In this document: positions 1 to 11,757 of the stretch, in pieces
Numbering within the stretch: the first letter of the stretch is position 1
How the letters are laid out: the number at the start of each line of letters is the position of its first letter
NCBI RefSeq assembly: GCF_009914755.1
Contig: NC_060928.1
Source of the DNA: the human T2T-CHM13v2.0 reference genome, Homo sapiens
DNA length: 64,000 nucleotides
Reading direction: 5' to 3' (one strand)
Made by a program: the position numbers and the translations under genes
The notes under the pieces: generated by a model
The model's input: only the letters and a program-made list of their open reading frames with translations
Told to the model about the DNA's origin: nothing
Database searches by the model: none

Positions 1-340
1 ATCGCAAGTCTACTATGCCTTAATTTGGTGGGTAACACATGATTCAATCTTATAAATCCTAGTAAATAAGATAGCCACTGAGTAAATATCAGACATGATT
101 TTTTAAATTGCTTATAGATTTTCCCACTGAAATCAGATCAGTCTGATCTTTTTGTGATAAACAACATAATGTTTCTAGAGTCTGTAATAGACTCATGTTC
201 TTGCCTTTTAAAACTTTTATCAAAAAACAGTTGAAAAGATGGTGGTGTTCAATTTAATGAAAACGATTATTTCTACCTGATATTAATATCATCTAGGTGT
301 GTCTCAGTTGAATGGCCAAATCATTAATAGTAGTAGTAGC

Positions 341-964
341 AGTTACGGGAAAGGGGTCCCTATCCAGACCCAAAAAGAGGGTTCTAGGATCTCGCACAAG
401 AAAGAATTTGGGGCCAGTCCATAAAGTGAAAGCGGTTAAGAAAGTAAAACAGTAAACAATGGCTACTCCACAGGCAGAGCAGCAACATGGGCTGCTTGAC
501 TGAATATACTTACAGTTATTTCTTGATTATATGCTAAACAAGGAGTGAATTATTCATGAGTTTTCTGGGAAAGGGATGGAGATTCCCTGGAACTGAGGGT
601 CCCTCCCCTTTTTAGACCATATAGGATAACTTCCTGATGTTGCCATGGCATTTATAAACTGTCGTGGTGCTGGTGGGCATGGCTTTTAGCATGCTAATGC
701 ATTGTAATTAGCATGTAATGAGCAGTGAGGAGGACCAGAGGTCACTTTCATCACCATCTTGGCTTTTGAAGGTTTTGGCCAGCTTCTTTACTGCAAGCTG
801 TTTTCTCAACCAAGTCTTTGTGACCTGTATCTTGTGCCGACCTCCTATCTCACCCTGTGACTAAGAATGCCTAACCTCCTGGGAATGCAGCCCAGCAGGT
901 CTCAGCTTTCTTTTACCCAGCCCCTTTTCAAGATGGAGTCGCTCTGGTTCAAACACCTCTGACA
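341..964 (-). mobile_element. MER41B solo LTR (ERV1)
   Basis: Reverse complement begins TGTCAGAGGTGTTTGAACCAGAGCGACTCCATCTTGAA...GGCTGCATTCCCAGGAGGTTAGGCATTC, matching the MER41 LTR 5' end. The other end GGAAAGGGGTCCC...CAAGAAAGAATT matches too. ~625 bp, and it includes the tandem GAS segment typical of MER41B. Confidence 0.9.
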
Positions 965-2036
965 GTAGTAGTTTATATGGCTTCTAGATGAGTGTGAAAT
1001 TTTTTTTTTACATTTAAGATACATTATTATGTTGTTTCCTTAAGCTTAGTAAGAACTGTTTTATTATTTAACAAATGAGAAGTTATTCATTCAGTATAAC
1101 AATCAATTTATGTTGCTCTAAGTACATGCAAAACACTGTGAACACTACAAAATAAACCAGACATAGAGGAAGCTTACATTTTAATAGAGGGAAGTGAAGA
1201 AAATACATATGTAATTATTAATAAATGCTGTGATGTCCCATGCACAGATATAATTCTGTACATAATTCTGTGTGATTCATTTTGCATTTAAAAAAATATG
1301 AGAAGTTATTTCTCGCTGAAAAAGTCAAAATATTATTTCTGGAAGAGGTGGTGATATTTGATCTGGGCCTCGAAAGACACTTAGGGTTCATTGAAGCTAT
1401 GTGGACAATGGAAGGGGAATGACATGACTGTCGTTGCTCTAAACGTGCTTGCCAGGATGACTGTGGAAGCAAATGCCATGATGGCTGCTCCTCCCTCCTC
1501 CAAGCCTTCCTGTGAGGAGCAAATCAAAGAATGTAGCAGAAGCCCGGGTCACAGGAACTAATGAGAGCTCATGATGCTTTCTTTAGAGGAACCGGAAAGG
1601 CAGCCAGGTTGTTTTTATTTGTTTTACAAATTAAATTTCAGATGCAACTTTTGTGGCTCTATCATTAACAGATGTATTCGAGTAAAGGCTCAGTTAAATT
1701 ACAATGAAAACCCCAAATTTGGTATGTTAAACATAGGACGTAAGCCTCTTTCACGTGACAGAGCAGCTGGTCTAGGCTGCCAGGGTGGCTCTTCTCCACT
1801 GGGTTATTCAGGGAACCAAGTGCTTTGGTCTTGTTGCCCTGCCGGCCCACGAGGGCATTATTGTCATTGTCTTTGTCGGAGCCAGCTCACTGCTATGTAC
1901 ATTTTCCAGCCAATGGTGACAGGAGACATGGCCAAGTCCAAGGACAGATGACTGTTCACATTCCATTAGACCGAATTTAAATACCTGGCCACACGATGTC
2001 TGAGAGAAGCTGGAAAATTATTTTCTAGCTACACAA

Positions 2037-2652
2037 TGTTGTCCAAAAGACCATCAGGATGGATAAATAGAAAGGAGAGCTTTATTGGGGATATCAGTTT
2101 GCAAGCCAGGAAGAGACAGTCTCTCGCGCGGACCAAAGGTGCTCTCTCTTCAAAGCGGGGCAGGAGAGGTTGGGTTTTATGCCTCGCAGGGCTCGTATCA
2201 CACAATAGTCATACACATTCAGCAGGTTTCGGGGGAAAGCTATACACGCGTTTGAGGGGAGTCAAGTGCATGTAATGAGTAAACATAAATATAACATATA
2301 GCCCATGTGCACTTTGGGGCAGGGTTTTAGCATTAAAATGAGATGGCACTTGGCTCTTTTCCACAAAAGGTGGACTGTAAGCCACAAAGCCCTTTGGTGC
2401 ACAGTCTCTAGAAGGTGGCTGAAAGAATCATCCAGAAGGAACGCTTGCAATGCATGTCCTTTCCACAATTAGAGTTGCAGAGGTCTGAGTTGTAAATCCG
2501 AGCCGATGGCTCCTATTGTTAGGGAGTTTAGTCGTAGGAGTTTAGAGTTTACCCTGCCAGCTGGCCTCCAACCTGTAGGTAACTTTGTTCCCGTAACTTT
2601 GGGGTCTAACTTCGTGGATAAAGGGGTGTCTATTTTGGTCTCTTAGATCACA
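2037..2652 (-). mobile_element. MER39-family solo LTR (ERV1)
   Basis: Reverse complement starts TGTGATCTAAGAGACCAAAATAGACACCCCTTTATC...AACAAAGTTACCTAC, resembling the recalled MER39/MER39B start. TG...CA termini. Confidence 0.7.
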
Positions 2653-3456
2653 GCAGCCATGTTTCCCAGGAAGAAGGGGAGACAGATGTGGAGGAAGTGG
2701 GGGAAAACCCACAGTGCAGTGCGACCAGATAGACTTTTGTTGTTCTGTTTTGATTTATAATTTCTCAGGATTGATAGAAAATTCACTGTTTAGAGGGGTT
2801 TTATGCTTTTATAATTTAATATGATCTAAATCTTATAAGCAACACAGAAAGTCACATACTACATTTTTAACGAGTTTCTAGTATGACTTCTCCATGTGGC
2901 TAATGCAGCTCCAAAAATTAAGCTGTAAAATTGAAGCTATGCAGCCACCAAAGTAAAAATGCGACTCATGCTGTTTATATGTTTCACAAGATAAGATCGG
3001 CAATTCTCGTATTTATTTGACTGTTCCTTAACAACAGTTTTCAGTATGGAAAACGAGCATTTCTGAAGATAATGTAAAGATTATAAGAATCCTGTTCCAC
3101 ATTATGAATTGTAGACCACCCAGCTAAAGCATGAATTTGATATGCATTATGATTATCTAAATCATGTCTGTGCAAGAGATGTATGTCAGAACCACAACTT
3201 ACAGCTTGTTAATTCTTTACTCAGATTATGTCCACTTCGTAATAGGGGCAAAAAAGAATATCATATGAGATACATTTTTTTAAAAAAGAGGACAGGTAAT
3301 ACTTTTAAAGTTCTGCATAACTGTATTAAATAGGTAAATGTGCTATTTTTTAGGAATTCCTGCTAAATTTTAATACTAATGAAGATTCCTTTTAAGGGAT
3401 GAGTAAAATTTTTAATGCATGAGTATATTTTATAAACTTCAGCTAAATTCAACAAG

Positions 3457-3722
3457 TTTTTCTTTTGTTTTGTTTTTCTGAGACAGGGTCTCACTTTGTC
3501 ACCCGGGCTGGAGTGCAGTGGTGATCCCAGCTCACTACAACCTCGACCTCTCAGGTTCAAGCAATCCTCCTTCCTCAGCCTCCCGAGTAGCTGGGATTAT
3601 AGGCATTTGCCACCACACCCAGCTAGTTTTTTATATTTTTTGTAGATGTAGGGTTTCACCATGTTGCCCAGGCTGGTCTCAAACTTCTGAGCTCAAGCGA
3701 TCCACCTGCCTCAGCCTCCCAA
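3457..3722 (-). mobile_element. AluJ, 5'-truncated, inserted into an L2 tail
   Basis: T-rich tail, then GAGACAGGGTCTCAC...GTTGCCCAGGCTGGTCTC (J-type). TSD TCAACAAGT on both sides. Confidence 0.9.
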
Positions 3723-6369
3723 TCAACAAGTATTTATTAAATGCCTACTCTGTTCAAGACAATGTGTGTCTTATTTTAAATTAAATGTGTTGAATTAGTA
3801 TGGCTTTTGTCACGTGGACTTTTTGTCCCCCAAAGGTGACTGATTAAAAGGAACAACTGTTGTCTTTGCTCAGCATACACATAGAAAAGAAAATAAAGTC
3901 AAGTCACCATGGTCCACTGTACTATATATTAACAAAGCAGTTAAGAGACAAATGAACATTTTTACGAATAAATTTTACATGGAAAATGATTGTCCTAAAA
4001 GTCCTACCTCCCTGGGCACCAGAGTGAGTTCTATAACTGAAGGGACCATAAGATGAATGGGACATGGCCAGGCTGTATTTTATTTAAATATCAATCTCAA
4101 ACTTACATAAAATCCTCAAATGCAAAAGGAATCTAAAACTAAATGGGAAAGGAAACAGAATATGAGTCCAAGAAAAAAGTTATCTTGCATATAATTTGCT
4201 TATGAGGCGATTTTCCCCAATTCAGTGTTCCAATTTGCTTTCATTACAATCTGAAGGAAACCCAACAGCAGTCATGGGTGATTGGCTGAGAAATGACTGG
4301 ATGGGTGATGGGAGAAGGAGCTAGAAGGATAGATGCATGGTAGAAAAGAGGTACATCAACTGACCTTGGCAAGAAATGACTGTAGAACTCAGAAATGACT
4401 CCAGGAGGAACAGCCCACCAAAACAGTTTCACCCACTTCAATACATTCTAGAAACATCCCTCTACTAACTTGACTCAGGTTATTTTAATTTCATTTCCTA
4501 TGTCAGTTTCTTAATGTACAGAAATGTGCAATGCCATCATTTTTTAAAAATTCCAAACAAAAAAGGTAGAATAAAAACGTAATGATTATCTTAAAGGCCT
4601 AAGCAGCCATTATAATGAAAAAGGATACCTTTTTCATAAATCAGGTAGGGCCGTAGTTACACAGTTATTATATTTATATAGTTATCAATTGTGTTTCCGG
4701 TAAAAAGAACTTTCCATTTCAGATTTGCATAACGTTTGCATTTGCACTGTTAATATGTCAGTTAGTTCCAATTAATAGAAAATTGGATAGCAAACCAAGA
4801 AAAGAAGGGCAAAAATAATTGAAGGACTCTCTCTTCGATTATTTTTCAGAGTGACACAGCTTGCGTTTTGAGGTGGGATGAGTAGGGGGGCGGGGGATGA
4901 GTGGAGTGATTAATTGGCTCAAATATAAAATAGAACACATGGAGCATTTTAAGAACCACTAAATTACTTTCAAACCATTTGCAGACTATTGTATAGACGT
5001 TAATTTATTTCCAGGAGATAATTTTGGTATATTCGAAGAATTAAAAAGTCAGCAAAGACCCGTTGTTGCTTTATCCATTATTTATTGAGAAGGAAAAGAA
5101 GGAGGAGAATGGACACAAATTAGAATCGCCTAACTGTACTGAGAGTACTCTAAAGTGTTGTGATTTTATATGGCCTGAAAATGCAGATGAAGGTTGGGAG
5201 TTGCGTTTTTGTCTTTGGACCTCTGGAATTAAAGTCATTATATAAGCAATTTATTCAAGTTGCTATCCTGGGATGAAAGTAGAACCTTATTTTTCTTTGA
5301 CTTCTGAAGACAGATAAATGAAGAAAGGTAGATAGATGTAAATAGATATAAACATACATTAAGTCCAATCTTCTGACATCTATTTATGTTTAAAAGTGGT
5401 CTTAAAATGTAGTTATTTTCCAAAATCTTCTCTCTTATTGATTCAGGCTATGTTTCTGAAAGACTTGGAAAGTTTGTATATCTTTATAATCTCAGCTGTT
5501 GCTTATTGCTAGAAACTAATGTCATTTTTCTGTGATCAGTTTTATAAGAAAGGAGTGACTGAAATCACCAGATTCTCAAGAGAAGTTGTCATGCATCCTC
5601 TTACACTCTCCTCGTTTTTGCCTTAGATAACGCTTGAGCATACTGAGATCTGTGGGTCCATATCAAGACTGTCTCCAGATGTCCATTTCATCTGGTGGGC
5701 ATCACTTGTTTGAATGATGCTACCAGCTTTGGACTAGTCTGTAGAAGGCAGAAAAAGACTGAGTATCCAAGTATCTCATGGGGCTTATGGTTGGGGAAAG
5801 GAGAGGCTCCAGATCTGAATCAAGAAAGTTGTATCTTCCTGTTTCAGGTACTTAGAGTCCCCGGAAGAGGGACGCAGTTGAGTATCTGCTTCCCATTCTT
5901 TGTTTTTCAGGACCACTTGGATTGTACTTGAATAATTATTAAGACTTCTTACCAAGGAATTCTGACATTATGCGTTTAAAAATGCAAAATCCATTAAACA
6001 CTAATATGCTGTGACTCAAATCTTTGAAAGAAAAAGTTCTTTGTTTGCGGTTTGGAACCTGCCGTTCTATTTTATTATTGTAGAAGTTCCCAGCAGGCAT
6101 ATTCATCCAGATTTAATTATTAAGCCATAAACGTATCTTTGAAAATTTCCTTTTATACTGAATGCCTAGAAGTGATTTAGAATTGCTTTTTCAATCATCT
6201 TATGTGGCAAATCAGACTTCAACACCAAGTATGTTTACGAATGTTTTTGGAAAGTGAACATCACTGAATTGATAATATTTCAGGATGCCATGGCAAATAA
6301 AAGAGGTAAATGTGAAGACTGAATAGGTAAAAATGCTTTGAGGTCTTAGGTAACACCTATATATATATC

Positions 6370-6510
6370 TACTAAAATAGAAGCTTAATGAGGGCAGGGT
6401 CCTCATCTGTTTTGCTCATTTTTTTTTTAATCCCCAGAACACAGCATAGCGCTCACCACTTGTTTGGGAGTTCAATAAAAATTAATTGAATAAATACGTG
6501 TGTGAATGAA
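6370..6510 (+). mobile_element. L2 3' end fragment
   Basis: TAGAAGCTTAATGAGGGCAGGG...ATCCCCAG...TCAATAAA...TGAATAAAT...GAATGAAT, a typical L2 terminus. Confidence 0.65.
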
Positions 6511-6741
6511 TCAATCAAGCCTCATTTTCACCCCCTACATCACCAACACATACATACGTTTCTTAGTACTAACAATGGAGGAAGTTGAAGATTTTTGGGT
6601 TTGGCATTAAACATATATATGCATATATACACACACATATATGTATATATGACCAAATTTGTTGTTTAGGCAATGTTGAGTGCAGAAGACCAATTTTCAA
6701 AGAGATTCATATTTTACATGTAAGTACAACTGGCTAAATAT

Positions 6742-6801
6742 GATCAAGATTTTCCAAAGCACAGGAAAAAAGGATCAATATTTTCCAAAGCACAGAAAAA
6801 G
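6742..6801. repeat. 2-copy tandem duplication, ~31-bp period
   Basis: GATCAAGATTTTCCAAAGCACAGGAAAAAAG followed by GATCAATATTTTCCAAAGCACAGAAAAAG. Confidence 0.9.
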
Positions 6802-8086
6802 AATTCTCTGCTATTTTATTCCTTGCTTCAAATTGTTGAGAATATGAGAATAAGAGATACAAGCCTTAGCTGTACCTTAACTCTTGGTAAGGAGTGAAAA
6901 TGAACACAGAATAACCAAAACCTCTCTTTAAAATCTCCTGTGCATAGGTTCTACGGGAATGTCAAAGAAATGGCTTGATAGAAGCAAAGCTTTTCAAATG
7001 TCATGACATTAACAAGATTATTTGGAAATATGGAATACTTGTTGAATATTAAAAAGTTAAACACTCTCAATGTTCTTTAAAAGAAAATCATTTAAACTTG
7101 TTAATAAAGAAGCAATTAACAAGTATGAATGAGGTGTGCTCATATGCCCACATACAGAATTTACAAGGAAATGCAAAGAACTGGGTATGTAAAAAATATA
7201 TATTATTTTTAAAATAAATATAGATTTATTCTACTATTTTTCATCACTGTGGCTTTACCTCTACAGTTACACTAACTGCCATTTTTTTATTATAAGCAGT
7301 TATTTTCATTCAAAAATTACATTAGAACATGTCCTTAATAGAGTACTTTAATTATGTTCCCCCATTGTTTTTAAACTTGTAAAAGAGTTACAAGAAAATA
7401 ATGTGGTACTTGTAGCATCCCATAGAAACAAATATTAGTTGACAATATTTACATAACCTAATGCCCATACAATTTGATGCTTGTTTTCCCTCCAATAATT
7501 TAGATGTCAAGAAAGTCACTACAAATTAATCATTTTTCCTCAGTCAGAATTGGGAAAAGTTTTAAAATATATAAACTTACTGTAATGCTGCATCAATATT
7601 GGACTAAATCATCACTTATTTAATATTCTGTCTTATAAACATATCAAAGCAGAAAACCTTTAGACATATATACAATAAGATATCTCAGCATTAAAACTAA
7701 ATAATAAAATGTCAATGATGAAAGACTGACAACCCACCCAGACATCTCTCTTATATGGCCTGGGACAAACTCTATCTAAATAAATAGATTTTACACAGCA
7801 CTAACCCATTCCTGTTCTGCAAACCCACACATTCTAGTAGACACTAGAGCAAGACTTGATTTGTCTTTCCTTAGTGCTACTAGATCGAATTAGTATCTGT
7901 ACAGTTTGCTGTATGGGTTCTCACTAATAGAAATAAAAATGTCTCTGATAACAAATTTCACAATTGCCAACTAAATTATAAAACCTCAAAGTTGGTATTT
8001 TTGTCATTTAAAGACTTCCAGGAGTCCCAGTTTCTGCTATAAATGCTACGTGTGATTTTGAACCCAAAGTTCTAATTTAATGTCTA

Positions 8087-8423
<337 letters not shown>

Positions 8424-11400
8424 ATATAAATTTCTATTCTTTCTGATCAAATTATGCAAAAAGAGTAGAGGTTGTCACACAATAATAAACCTGCTCTTTC
8501 ACATGTAATTGCCAATGATAAGACAACAGAACTAGACCATTTTATCCAGAGCTTCGTTATAGCTTGCCTTTGGATATAAGTCCCACGAGTATAGAAAACA
8601 TGGCAAATTAATATATACTAACGTGGCTGAGTTCTCTGAATGAGTTAGCTAACTGTTCAAAAAATTTTCCTGGTTCACCCAGGAAAAACTATTCTGTGAG
8701 TAGATACAATCTGTTTGTTTTCCAGGGCCACATAGCTTTATGTGAGCGTATACACCCAAATACCATTAAAACCCAATAATCCTGGCCTCAACTAGGTTAT
8801 TTTTAAATCACGAACAAATTAAAATTTGAATTGGAGCCGACTGAGCCTCCCTGATTCCCTGTGGGGACTCACTGTTTCATAACCCCCCAGTTCACCAAAT
8901 GGATACATAAAACAGCCCCTGCCATGTTGACAGGAACTAGTGGAGGCCCACTGAAATCTTAGGGGAAGAGGCGATGCACGTGCTTTCTTGTCCTGAAGCC
9001 GCCATCTTGGCTGCTAGGAGGAGAAGCCAGGAGAAACACGTGGCCCATAACACAATCACTTCCTGGGGTGGTGAGAGTCTTGGACCAAGTCGAGTATCTA
9101 ATAGAGTCTCAGACCACAAGAATCTTTGAAAAACGATGTGAATTTTCTGAAACAAGGGCTGGGGAGGTGAAGTCAGGTCTTCCATCAGCTACCGGTAGTT
9201 CTTCAAATACAGACCAAGTTCTCTTCCATGGAACACCATGGCACCATTGCAACCAATTTCAGAACAAATCCCAAAGTCTAGTACAGATATATTGTTCCAC
9301 TTACAATTTAACCCGAACTTCCACTTTAGCGAACTTTGAAAGGTCCCATCCAGTTGAGAAGATTTCATGTAGAAAAACAAAAAAGTTCTCATTCAGGAAA
9401 ATGCTTACTTTTACCCCAAATCCTAATGTTAGGTTCCTATGAAGCTACACATTTAAGCAATAAGAAAATTCATACTTTTGGCTAAAAGTACAAAAGTGTG
9501 CTGCCTGTTCTGAAGCCTTTTCCTCCTGTCATGCTCTTAAGAAACAAGGCTCATAGGAACTGACAAGGAATGTATAATAGAGTGGCCCTGGTCAATGTCG
9601 CTGGAAGATGTCTTCAGATCACAAGACCATATGTAACTTCTTCAGGGGGAAAAAAACGCTGACAGCACATGAAGAGGCACATCATGAGGTTTTTCTCCTT
9701 TAAAAATAACTGCATTCAGTGTCTGTTAATTTTAACATGTTCTGTCCTCAGTCTATCATAAAGATAATTTAAGGATTCCTTGGAAAACAGATTCCTGAGG
9801 TAAATAACTTGCACATAACCACAAGACATGACGCTGTATATATTAATATTACCATTTAGACATCCTGGAGTATGATATGCCCAAGCGGTCATCTGACTTT
9901 GGGATATGCCCTAGCTTAAATGCAAATAAAAATTTTGCACTGAAAGACACAGTAATGGTACTCAAATGCAGGATGTGGTATTACATAAATTTATCAGGCA
10001 CACGAGATTGGTGTAACCAGCACAATTGCCAACTCGTATCTGGGGAGTACTACTCTATGTATTGTGCAATAAACATTATACAGCACAATAAATGAGGAAA
10101 AATAGCTGGAAAAATATGTGAAGGGAAAGAGCTGAGAAAGGATTATAAAATATCTTTATGAACATTAACATAAATGATGGGTTGCAATTTTCCAGCTTTA
10201 TTCTTCTGACAAGTTGTCCATACAGTAATGTTTTCATCGTACACTATCATTTAGAAACATACTGCACGAGCTATATACCTGTAAAATCTATAGTTTCTTT
10301 TGTAAGGTTTGTGGCTGTTATTCAGTACATGTCAAGTATGCTAGTTAGGTGGTAAATTTACAGTGTATACAGTAACTGGATTTCCTAAACATCCTCCCTT
10401 AGAAAAAATAAAATGAAATATAACACCAATGAGAAACAGTGGAACACACGTTCTGTTCTTTTGAGCCAGAGCTTTCCTTGCTTTCTGAATCATCTGTCCA
10501 TTGTACTGGTCCTGTTTGTTAGCAACCCCCTTACTCTTATGAAGTCCTTTATTTTGTGCTTGTTGTTTTTGGGTTTATATGTCCCCATCGTCTATAACCT
10601 TTCTGAAAGCAGAAATGTTGTACCTCTGCTTTTTCCAATGCTGATGTTTTAGAATGTTTAGGTTTGGTAATTTCTTCACTATTTCTAAGATGTAGTGTTT
10701 TGATTGTTCGTAGCATTTCCTTTTGTTTTCTCTCGAGTCCCTGTATTTTTAGATTAGTTTTCCTATTTGCTTTTTTTCTGGCTATTGACAAACACTTGTT
10801 TTCGTTCTCCCAAGCATGCATTCTGAACCCCCCTCCTAAATTATGGAGGGGGAGGGGTTAATAGCTATGAGTAGATATATTTCCCTTGTAGAATCTGAAC
10901 TAGCTTTTAAAATGTGTTTTCCCTCCCTTAATTTATAAATATTTTAATCAATAATGTATCTATTATTTCCCAAGCGAACCCTAAGGAGTATGTTTGATGG
11001 CCTCACACAAGCTATTCCAGGAGAACAGCCTCTCTCAAGCAGCTGACACCAGTGAGCCTAGCTAGTTTTTACCTCTCTCGAGTCCCTATATTTTTAGGTT
11101 AGCTGGCAAGGGCACACTCACTCCGTCACTGAACCCATGAAATTAATGTGTTGTGCAAGTTCCCTCACTCCCTTTTGCTGAACTTGCATTGTATTGCCCA
11201 CTGCATATTCAGTCAGAAGCTAGCCTGGAACAAAACGCCAGCCATCAGAGAAAACTCCTGTCTGTCCTTGACGTTGTAATTGCATTCAATCAGCATCAGC
11301 TCTGCATCAATAATTAGACAGGGGTCCAATAATGATGTTGGCAATGAAACAACATAGTCAAAATTTCAGCGATTTCATAAAGTGATTGTCCAAAGGTCGA

Positions 11401-11594
11401 AACCAATGTTTACGAATGAGGCTCCCCCACTTACTCATAATGTCACAGATGACTGAGAACTGGTGCCCCTTGTATTGTCTGGAAGAGACCCTTCGAACTG
11501 TTGCCTCTCGTACCAACTAAAGAACTATACTTGCTTTCATATATGACATACTTGCTTTTAAAAATCTAATTAAAACTTTCTTTTTGGTCCTTAG

Positions 11595-11757
11595 GTAGAA
11601 AAATGGCTCTGCTGAGATGAGCTCTTAATTAATGCACTGAGAGCCTGCAAGTCCCACCTCTCAACAGGAATGATTGACGTCCAAGGATACATAAATTACA
11701 CTAACTGAGCTCTGCCTCTATATAAGCTTTCCACATCCAACTCATCAGAGAAGCTAG
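11595..11757 (+). other. TENM3: Non-coding 5' exon (first and/or internal) of a long + strand gene, tentatively TENM3
   Basis: Seen: consensus 5' splice donor TAG|GTGAGT (11757/11758), an upstream acceptor (CTAAT 11566, TTTCTTTTTGGTCCTTAG ending 11594), no long ORF, and antisense L1 bias downstream. The gene name is my recollection that ...CCACATCCAACTCATCAGAGAAGCTAG precedes the TENM3 ATG exon, which lies outside the window. Not verified. Confidence 0.5.
11620..11750 (+). promoter_or_regulatory. Candidate core/proximal promoter
   Basis: TTAATTAA homeodomain palindrome 11625-11632, TGATTGAC PBX-type motif 11671-11678 overlapping the near-CRE TGACGTCC 11675-11682, TATATAAG 11719-11726, and Inr-like CTCATCAG ~11741-11748. 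Confidence 0.6.

Noticed and set aside
5487-5498. TAATCTCAGCTG matches the 5' end of miR-216a
   Set aside because: Only 12 nt match, and the rest of the mature sequence is absent.
11595-11757. Alternative identities for the promoter (OSTN, PLN, RMST, peptide-hormone genes)
   Set aside because: I did not find their expected coding exons or hosted miRNAs downstream in this window.
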